DNA of 64,000 nucleotides, from assembly GCA_025361565.1 (NCBI GenBank), contig JANYKN010000081.1:13353-77352 (forward strand). Reading direction: 5' to 3'. Shown one piece after another: positions 49,538 through 57,516 of the stretch (position 1 is its first letter; every line of letters begins with the position of its first letter). A program made the position numbers and the translations under genes. The notes beneath the pieces were generated by a model. The model made no database searches, was not told the origin of the DNA, and worked only from the letters and a program-made list of their open reading frames with translations. This DNA comes from Bacteroidota bacterium (GTDB lineage Bacteria; Bacteroidota; Bacteroidia; Bacteroidales; NBLH01).

Positions 49538-51886
49538 ATGAAAACTATTATTTTTCGAATTCTAATTTCTTCATGCTTATTATTAACTGCAATTAATATT
49601 TCTGCTCAAAGCGCTAAAAAATACTATAAAACAGCAAAAGAATTCAGTAAATCAGGCAGTTTTGACGAAGCAATTGAAAATTACACAAAAGCAATTGACC
49701 TTGATCCACAATTTACAAAAGCATACATTGAAAGAGCTTCGGTTTATGAAGAACTTGGTCATCTAACAGAAGCAGCGGAGGATTACAAAACATTGTCAGA
49801 TCTTTTACCCACGGAATATATTTGGCTATATAAAACTGCCTCAATCAATTATATGCTTAATAAATATATTGTAGCTATCACTTTTTTAAATTCAGCATCC
49901 GAACTTGAAGAAAAGGATTCCAAAATATTGGAACTTAAAATGCGATGCGATATTGCATTGAGTAATTTTAAATCAGCATTAACTGATTGCGATGGAGCCA
50001 TTCAATTAAACCCATCAGCTGAAAATTATTATTACCATGGTATCATTCAAAAAAAACTTGAGAACTATCTACTTTCAGAAGCTGATTTTAATGCATCCTT
50101 AAAAGTAGATCCGAATTATATTAACTCTTATATTGGTTTGGGGGTTGTAAAATTAAAGCAGAATAAAACAGAAGATGCCTTATTATCAGTCAATAAGGCA
50201 ATTCAAATAGATAATAAAAATAAGGAAGCATTAATGCTCCGAAGCCAAATCTATAAGAAAAAATCAGAAATTCCATCAGCGATAAATGATTTATCAACTC
50301 TAGTCCAGTTTTATCCTGATGATGAAGAAATTCTTTATCAGCGTGGAATGACTTATTATGACAATAATCAATTCCAGAATGCTTTGGCAGACTTTAGTAA
50401 AGTTTTATTAAAGAATGAGAAAAACAAATCTGCACTTTACAAACGTGGAAATACTTATGAAAAGCTTGGAAAAAATGATGAAGCTTTAAAAGATTACGAA
50501 AAACTTTTGAGTATAAAAATTGCCGGCGATGATTCAACTCAAATTTATAAAATAGCAGCAGAAAAATTGTATGAATTAAATAGAGAGAATGATTCTCCAA
50601 TTATTTCTATTGTTTCTGAAAAGCTTCTTGCAGATAAATCAATTGGAGTTCCTGATAACATTGAGGAAACCCAATTGATAATTAAGGTGAAAGATAAAAA
50701 CAAAATTCAAACACTAATTGTTGATGGCAATAATTTGAGATTTAATGCCGATTCGCTATCATCTGGATTTACTGTAACTATAAATATCAAAAACAAAAAA
50801 AAGATTACCATTGAAAGTGAAGATATTTATAAAAATAAAGCAATATTGGAATTAAAACTGACAAGAAATGAAACAATTCCTCCAACAATTGCAATTCTAA
50901 CACCTTATGTTTCAGAAAAAAACGAAATATTTGTTGATCCTCAAATTCCTGAATTTCTAATTGAAGGAAGAGTTATGGATGATAGTAAAATTGCTTCGAT
51001 TGAAATAAATAGAATACAAGCAAAATTTAATAATACTGAAAATAACCCAAAATTTTCAGTCAAAATTAATCCAACAAATAAGGACCAATTGGAATTTATA
51101 GTTAAAGATATTTATGGAAACGCCGAGGTTAAAACATACAAAATAAACCGAAATGTAGCTGAATTAATTAATAATAACCCAATGGGCAATACTTGGGTGG
51201 TTTTTATCGAAAACACTGAATACAATGCATTTACAAGTGTAAAGGGACCAGAAAAAGACGTTAGCATGATGAAAAGCGCTCTTTCAAAGTATCAAATCAA
51301 CAACATTTTACACAAAAAGAATATGTCCAAACAGCAAATGGAAAAATTCTTTAATACTGAACTTCGCGATCTGGTTCGTGATAATCAGGTAAATTCGATT
51401 CTAATCTGGTATGCCGGTCTAGGAAAATATATTAACGAAAATAGTTATTGGATTCCGACCGATGCAAAAAGAGATAGCGAAATGAGTTATTTTAATATTA
51501 ATTCCTTAAAATCTTCCATGCAAGCTTATACAAAAAATATTACACATACCCTTATTGTAACAGATGCTTGTGAAACAGGGCCATCATTTTATATGTCCAT
51601 GCGATCATTGCCCACTGAGCGGGATTGTAACAATCCAAAAGCTACCAAATTCAAATCATCTCAGGTATTTACTTCAGCTGGATATGGCTTGGCTGATGAA
51701 AACACCCAGTTTACAAAAACATTTGCTAATTCTTTGAATTTTAACAACAATGGCTGCATCCCAATAGATAAAATTGTAATAAAAGTTTCTTCAGTTGTAC
51801 AACAAAATGATAACCAAAAACCGAAATTTGGTAAAATCGCCGGGTTTGAAGATGAAAATGGCACTTTCATTTTCATTAAAAAATAA
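49538..51886 (+). CDS. Exported TPR-repeat / Ig-like / caspase-fold (peptidase C14-like) protein; catalytic His replaced
   Basis: Signal peptide from ATG 49538; about 9 TPRs; two beta-sandwich-like repeats (PIISI...EDIYKN and PTIAI...KDIYGN); C-terminal LIWYAGLG...YWIP.DA...TDACETG. Confidence 0.8.
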   Translation: MKTIIFRILISSCLLLTAINISAQSAKKYYKTAKEFSKSGSFDEAIENYTKAIDLDPQFTKAYIERASVYEELGHLTEAAEDYKTLSDLLPTEYIWLYKTASINYMLNKYIVAITFLNSASELEEKDSKILELKMRCDIALSNFKSALTDCDGAIQLNPSAENYYYHGIIQKKLENYLLSEADFNASLKVDPNYINSYIGLGVVKLKQNKTEDALLSVNKAIQIDNKNKEALMLRSQIYKKKSEIPSAINDLSTLVQFYPDDEEILYQRGMTYYDNNQFQNALADFSKVLLKNEKNKSALYKRGNTYEKLGKNDEALKDYEKLLSIKIAGDDSTQIYKIAAEKLYELNRENDSPIISIVSEKLLADKSIGVPDNIEETQLIIKVKDKNKIQTLIVDGNNLRFNADSLSSGFTVTINIKNKKKITIESEDIYKNKAILELKLTRNETIPPTIAILTPYVSEKNEIFVDPQIPEFLIEGRVMDDSKIASIEINRIQAKFNNTENNPKFSVKINPTNKDQLEFIVKDIYGNAEVKTYKINRNVAELINNNPMGNTWVVFIENTEYNAFTSVKGPEKDVSMMKSALSKYQINNILHKKNMSKQQMEKFFNTELRDLVRDNQVNSILIWYAGLGKYINENSYWIPTDAKRDSEMSYFNINSLKSSMQAYTKNITHTLIVTDACETGPSFYMSMRSLPTERDCNNPKATKFKSSQVFTSAGYGLADENTQFTKTFANSLNFNNNGCIPIDKIVIKVSSVVQQNDNQKPKFGKIAGFEDENGTFIFIKK

Positions 51887-51931
51887 CAATATAAAGTTTG
51901 CACTACTTAATAAACCAAAGTTTAAAATAAA

Positions 51932-54900
51932 ATGGAATTCATTAAATATCAATATTTTAAATTAAAATTTAAACTTCCTTTCCTAGTATTTTTTACAATT
52001 TTAAATGTTGAAGTTTCAATAGGACAACAATATTATTTTGACAATTACAATGTTAAAGAAGGATTGGCTCAATCTACAGTTTATGATGTAATTCAAGACG
52101 CAAAAGGTTATTTATGGATAGGAACTGCAGCAGGTCTTTCGAGATTTAATGGCATACAATTTACCAATTACACCCAAGAAACCGGATTAGCGAAAGATGC
52201 AGTCCAAAAGATATTTCAAGATTCAAATGGCAATTTGTGGTTTGGACATAAAGGTGGTGGATTAAGCCGATTAAAAAATGACAGCATTCAATTTATACAA
52301 CCTGATACTGTTGTAGCCGATATCACTGCGATTGTTGAAGACAATGATGGAAATATTTGGATTGGAACCCATGGATCCGGTGCTTTTAAACTAAAAAACC
52401 CTAATGTAAATTCACTAAAAAATATTGACTATATCCAATATAAAGGTGGCAATGACAAGTTTAACGATTTGGTATTTTCCATCTTAAAAGCTCAAGATGG
52501 AACACTTTATTTTATTGTAGACTGGGCCATAAAGTATTTTGACTCCAAGGAGAAATCATTCAAAAATTACAGTCCTAAAAATTTAACTCAGTTTTATCAA
52601 TTCACATGTATTTACGAAGACCACAGTGGAGATTTATGGTTTGGAACCGTAAATGGTGGCCTTATTAAATCAAACAAAGATGGCACATATTCTATTTTTA
52701 CAGAAAAAAACGGACTAGCTCATAATTTAATAACTTCGATAAAGGAAGATAAAGACAATAATATGTGGATTGGCACCTGGGGTGGAGGTATTAGTCTGAT
52801 TAAAAATAATATAATCACTAATTTTAATCTCGACAATGGTTTACCTGATTTAAAAATACGCTGTATAAAAGAAGATTTTGAAGGAAATATATTGATCGGA
52901 ACCTACGATAATGGACTTTGCGTATTTAAAGGCCAACATTTTATCAATTATTCGGAAAAAGATGGTATAAAAGGCAATCACATTTGGGCTATTCTTGAAG
53001 ATAAGGAGGGTAAATTTTGGTTTGGCACTAACATGGGAATTACCGTTTGTACAAAATCAGGTAATTCATTTACAAATCCGATTTATTATAATGAAGAAAA
53101 CAAAAAAATTTCCGGCAACCTAATTCGGTTTTTAAATGAAGACAAAAATGGGAATATTTGGATTGGCACTGAAAATGCCGGCGTTCTAGAATACCAAAAA
53201 AAAACCAAATCATTTGATTACAGCTTTTTAATTAACGGAAATATTCAGCAAAGCAACATGGTTACTGCCATGGAAATTGACAATAATAACAATTTATGGA
53301 TTGGAACTTCAGATGGATTAATCAATTATGAAATAAATACCGATAAAGTTGCTTTTATAACTACAAAGTATGGAATTGCAGGTAATGATATAAGCGCCTT
53401 ATTTCATGACTCTAACAACCAATTATGGATAGGCTGCATACGAAATGGTCTTACACTTTTCAATGAAAAGGATACTTCCTTCCATATTATAAAAAATGGT
53501 TTTCAATTTACACCAACCTGCATAACCGAATCAACTGATAAAAAAATATGGGTAGGGACGCAAGCAAATGGCGTACTCGTTTTTGAAGGTGCAAGATTGG
53601 TCAGGCAATATAAAATATCAGATGGATTGCTGGCAGATTATATCACCAGTATTATTTCAGGAATCAATGGTGACGTTTATATCGGAACAAGCAGAGGTTT
53701 AAACAAATACAATCAGACTCAGAACCGGATTTTATCATATTCTGAAAAAACCGGATTTATTGGAATTGAAGTAAAAAAAAATGCAAGCTTTAAAGATAAA
53801 GATGGTAATATATGGTTTGGAACAGTTAAAGGTGCAACGCGTGTTGACATATCATATGCTCCGAGTAACAATCTGGAACCTATTACTTTTATTAGCAGGC
53901 TGAGGGTAAACTTAAAAGATACTAAATTATCTCCTAATCTTTTGCTGAAACACACTGAAAACTCTATTATTTTTGATTATACCAGCATTTGTCTTACAGA
54001 TCCTAATGCGGTAGTTTATAAAATAATGCTCGAAGGTGCAGACAAGGATTGGAGACCCGAAACAAATCAAACAACAGCAAGCTATTCAAGCTTACAGCCT
54101 GGCGCTTACACCTTTAAAGTAATTGCTAAAAATAGTTTTGGAATATGGAATTCTGAACCTGCAATTTTTACTTTTACAATTAGGCCTCCGCTTTGGAAGT
54201 CACCTTGGTTTTACATGTTTATTGGTCTTGTTGGATTTTCTTTAATCTTGTTATATATAAAAATCCGGGAAAGTAATTTAGTTAAAGAAAAAAAAGTACT
54301 GGCAGAAAAAGTTGAGGAACGAACTATCGAAATCAGCAAAAAAAACAAAGAACTTGAACTTAAAAACAAAAACATTACTGATAGTATTAAATATGCAAAA
54401 CGCATACAGGATGCAATGCTACCAGATTTGGATTATTTGAAACAAATCATCAATGATTTTTTTATTCTTTATAAACCCAGGGATATTGTAAGTGGTGATT
54501 ATTATTGGGCTACAAAAAAAGGAGAACATCTGATTTTTGCGGCGGCAGATTGCACTGGTCATGGTGTTCCCGGAGCTTTTATGAGCATGTTGGGTATTAC
54601 TGTACTTGACGAAATTGTGAACAAAAAAAACATATTTGATTCAAACCAAATACTTGACGAAATGCGTGAAGCGGTTATTAAATCGCTAAAACAAAAAGGA
54701 TTGCGTGGCGAAGCCCAAGACGGCATGGATCTTTCCCTATGTTCCATCAACACAAAAAATCTGGTAATGCAATATTCTGGAGCTTATAATCCTTTATATA
54801 TTGCAAGAGATGGCGAACTTATACGATATAAAGCCAATCGCATGCCAATTGGGATCTACTACAAAAATACTTCCGGATTTAGCTGCCAAACCATCCAACT

Positions 54901-55129
54901 TCAGAAAAATGATATCATTTATTTATTTTCCGATGGTTATTTGGACCAATTTAGTGAAATGAATGGTGAAAAATTAATGCTGAAAAACTTCAGGCAATAT
55001 CTCTTAGAAACTTGTCATTCACCATTAAATGAGCAAAAAGATTTTCTTGAAAACAAATTAAAAGAATGGCAAGGTAATGCTGAACAAGTAGATGATATTC
55101 TTGTTTTTGGAGTCAGAATTGATTTTTAG
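51932..55129 (+). CDS. Periplasmic beta-propeller (Reg_prop) + Y_Y_Y + TM + SpoIIE/PP2C phosphatase
   Basis: Repeated EDxxGNxWxGT blades; YSSLQPGAYTFKV; PPLWKSPWF TM; ADCTGHGVPGAFMS, DGMD, FSDG, DDI. Confidence 0.92.
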   Translation: MEFIKYQYFKLKFKLPFLVFFTILNVEVSIGQQYYFDNYNVKEGLAQSTVYDVIQDAKGYLWIGTAAGLSRFNGIQFTNYTQETGLAKDAVQKIFQDSNGNLWFGHKGGGLSRLKNDSIQFIQPDTVVADITAIVEDNDGNIWIGTHGSGAFKLKNPNVNSLKNIDYIQYKGGNDKFNDLVFSILKAQDGTLYFIVDWAIKYFDSKEKSFKNYSPKNLTQFYQFTCIYEDHSGDLWFGTVNGGLIKSNKDGTYSIFTEKNGLAHNLITSIKEDKDNNMWIGTWGGGISLIKNNIITNFNLDNGLPDLKIRCIKEDFEGNILIGTYDNGLCVFKGQHFINYSEKDGIKGNHIWAILEDKEGKFWFGTNMGITVCTKSGNSFTNPIYYNEENKKISGNLIRFLNEDKNGNIWIGTENAGVLEYQKKTKSFDYSFLINGNIQQSNMVTAMEIDNNNNLWIGTSDGLINYEINTDKVAFITTKYGIAGNDISALFHDSNNQLWIGCIRNGLTLFNEKDTSFHIIKNGFQFTPTCITESTDKKIWVGTQANGVLVFEGARLVRQYKISDGLLADYITSIISGINGDVYIGTSRGLNKYNQTQNRILSYSEKTGFIGIEVKKNASFKDKDGNIWFGTVKGATRVDISYAPSNNLEPITFISRLRVNLKDTKLSPNLLLKHTENSIIFDYTSICLTDPNAVVYKIMLEGADKDWRPETNQTTASYSSLQPGAYTFKVIAKNSFGIWNSEPAIFTFTIRPPLWKSPWFYMFIGLVGFSLILLYIKIRESNLVKEKKVLAEKVEERTIEISKKNKELELKNKNITDSIKYAKRIQDAMLPDLDYLKQIINDFFILYKPRDIVSGDYYWATKKGEHLIFAAADCTGHGVPGAFMSMLGITVLDEIVNKKNIFDSNQILDEMREAVIKSLKQKGLRGEAQDGMDLSLCSINTKNLVMQYSGAYNPLYIARDGELIRYKANRMPIGIYYKNTSGFSCQTIQLQKNDIIYLFSDGYLDQFSEMNGEKLMLKNFRQYLLETCHSPLNEQKDFLENKLKEWQGNAEQVDDILVFGVRIDF

Positions 55130-55193
55130 CATAAACCGCTTCAAATACATTTATTAAACTCAGATTCTTAAACCTCTAAGAATAAAATAATAT

Positions 55194-55224
55194 TTTGCTC
55201 GTTTCTTATTAGTGTTTAAATTCG
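55194..55224 (+). promoter_or_regulatory. Candidate promoter of the four-gene operon
   Basis: TTTG (55194-55197), 19-nt spacer, TAAATTCG (55217-55224, one mismatch to TAnnTTTG). Confidence 0.5.
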
Positions 55225-55269
55225 TAGAACTATAAAAATGCACATAAATAATTTAAAAACAGAAATGAT

Positions 55270-55920
55270 ATGAAAACATCCAAACAAATCAACACATTGA
55301 ATTTGATAAAGAACACTTTGATTTTAATGGCATTGGCTATGCTTTTAGTTGGCCCGGCAGGCTGTAAACCAAAAAAACCAATCGTAAAAGATGATCCAAA
55401 AGAAAATCAAGATCAGGTAAATGCGCAATTGGTTAAAGCAAAATCAACATTAACAGAACTTTTAAGCCCTGAGTGCACAAAAAGCATTGAAGAAAAAGAA
55501 AAAATTGTTGCCGATATTAAAGCACTTAACCTTAAAGATCAAGGTTTAAATGATTTAATTGCTCAGGTTGAAACCAGCATTGCAAATGAAAAGGAGGCAA
55601 TCCGCATTGCAGATGAAAAAGCAAAAGAAGCTGCCAAACCCGAAAATAAATTACGAAAGTACTTCAAGGATATTGCAAGTGCATCCAGCGATGCTGAAGC
55701 CAATACATTAATTGAAGAAGCAATTGGCATGTTTGTTTCCGATCAGGCTAATGTTCTAATTATTATAAGCCAGGACGAACATATGAAGGATTATGACAAA
55801 CCAACAAAAATCAGAAAATATTTAAATTATCTAAAAGATTCAAAAAGCAACATAAACGATGTTGACCAAATTCATTGGGAAGGTGATAAAATCAAAACTC
55901 TTGAATTGAAGAAGAAATAA
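55270..55920 (+). CDS. Hypothetical lipoprotein: coiled coil plus an unnamed C-terminal domain
   Basis: Hydrophobic signal ending VGPAGC followed by KPKK; helical middle; C-terminal KLRKYF...EANTLIEEAIGMF...IRKYLNYL. Confidence 0.75.
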   Translation: MKTSKQINTLNLIKNTLILMALAMLLVGPAGCKPKKPIVKDDPKENQDQVNAQLVKAKSTLTELLSPECTKSIEEKEKIVADIKALNLKDQGLNDLIAQVETSIANEKEAIRIADEKAKEAAKPENKLRKYFKDIASASSDAEANTLIEEAIGMFVSDQANVLIIISQDEHMKDYDKPTKIRKYLNYLKDSKSNINDVDQIHWEGDKIKTLELKKK

Positions 55921-56028
55921 TCGTTCAAAAAACAATTGCTTATCAAATATTATGAATATAAGATTTTAAATAATTTTCTATATTCATAATGTGCATTAAT
56001 TATCATTAATTCAATTAAATAATTAGAC

Positions 56029-56607
56029 ATGAAAAATATAAAAATGATGCTTGCGATTTTTTTCGTTATCGCATTTTTCCAAAAAATATCAGCGCAGGAT
56101 AATATCAGTCCTGAGCGTAAAGCAGCAATCGATTCTTTAGCTCTTGAAAAAGTTAGGGACCTGAGTAAATACATCAGTATTTTAGGTGATAAAAAAACTC
56201 CATTTTCTGAAGCAAATAGGGTAATTGACAGAGCATTAGAACTCTTTATGCCAGGCAGCATCATGGGTGTATCTTCACTCTACCGTAAAAAAATCACCAA
56301 CTATCCTATTAAGGAATATCTTCAAAGATTAACAAGGCTTAACTACCAAAGTGTAAGCATAACATGGTTTAACATACAGTATGTAAGCGATTTGGTAAAA
56401 CAGCCTGATGGAAGATATGTAGGTGTGATAACGATATTCCAACGTTTTGAAGGAGTTACTAAAGAAGGCTTAAAATATGTTGATGTTACAAAAAAAGACA
56501 TCACTATTTACGTTGAACGCAAACAAACCCAAATTGATGGTATTCCTGTTGGATTCTGGGATGTGCTTCTTGGTGATATCAGAGTTAAAGAAACAACCAA
56601 AGGTTAA
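56029..56607 (+). CDS. Hypothetical exported protein (possibly NTF2-like alpha+beta fold)
   Basis: Signal peptide ISA-QD; DLSKYI...EANRVIDRALELF...IKEYLQRL followed by long beta strands. Confidence 0.75.
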   Translation: MKNIKMMLAIFFVIAFFQKISAQDNISPERKAAIDSLALEKVRDLSKYISILGDKKTPFSEANRVIDRALELFMPGSIMGVSSLYRKKITNYPIKEYLQRLTRLNYQSVSITWFNIQYVSDLVKQPDGRYVGVITIFQRFEGVTKEGLKYVDVTKKDITIYVERKQTQIDGIPVGFWDVLLGDIRVKETTKG

Positions 56608-56624
56608 AATTCTTCCAATTAAAT

Positions 56625-56661
56625 AAAAGCACTATTAAAGCAACTTGCTTATAGTGCTTTT
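56625..56661 (+). terminator. Intra-operon hairpin (terminator or RNA stabiliser)
   Basis: AAAAGCACTAT...ATAGTGCTTTT with a T run. Confidence 0.5.
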
Positions 56662-56682
56662 TATTAAACTAAAACTTAAATT

Positions 56683-57516
56683 ATGTGTAAATTCTTTCTT
56701 TTCGCTATTGTTTTTATTACTCTTCTTGAAAATACTTCTGCACAAATTATCAGCAACAATGGGCAGGAAGACGAAACAACCTTGTATGCCTCCACAAAAC
56801 AGGTTAATCAATTTATAAGGAGATTTAATGGAGAGGAGGATTTACATGGTGTCCGTTTATATCCCAAAGACAAAAAATACAGGGATCCTTCTTTACGAAA
56901 AAGTTATCTTATCAACTTGTTTGACTCAGAAAACAGCAACCTCAAAGCTCAAAAAGATGAATTTATTACTTGTGTCAATTCATCAGGGAAACCACAGTTT
57001 TTCGATTTTTATGGAGAAAACTGGCTTGCAGAGGTTTCATCTAAATTTCTTTATAATGGTAAAGAACAGGATGTTGTTATGTTTTTTAAGCTCGAAAAAG
57101 AAACTGGAGGATATAAATGGTCCTTTGCAAACGTATATGCAAGTTTTTTTGAGCAGGAATTTAATACCAGCCCACCAACCGAGACTAAATTTATTCATCC
57201 TATGAGTCACGAAATTGACTTTATGAGCCTGGATAAAATATTTGAATTCAACCACAAACAAATCGAACATTACGCATACAAGAATTTTGCGCCTGATTAT
57301 TTAAGCCTTTTTTTCCACGAAGTAAAAAAAGGAAATCTTGTTTATCAATCGGTAACTGATGTTAAATTCCATAACTTTCAAATTGAGAACTGGTATTTCG
57401 AAATGCAATATTTCAACAGAAAAGGAGATAATACAGGGTGGTTAATTTCAAACCTGATTAAAATACCTGAAAAAGATAAAGCTTCATTAATTAAATCAAT
57501 CAATCATGAAAACTAA
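56683..57516 (+). CDS. Hypothetical exported protein
   Basis: Signal peptide TSA-Q; 277 aa; its stop overlaps the next start (11-bp overlap). Confidence 0.75.
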   Translation: MCKFFLFAIVFITLLENTSAQIISNNGQEDETTLYASTKQVNQFIRRFNGEEDLHGVRLYPKDKKYRDPSLRKSYLINLFDSENSNLKAQKDEFITCVNSSGKPQFFDFYGENWLAEVSSKFLYNGKEQDVVMFFKLEKETGGYKWSFANVYASFFEQEFNTSPPTETKFIHPMSHEIDFMSLDKIFEFNHKQIEHYAYKNFAPDYLSLFFHEVKKGNLVYQSVTDVKFHNFQIENWYFEMQYFNRKGDNTGWLISNLIKIPEKDKASLIKSINHEN

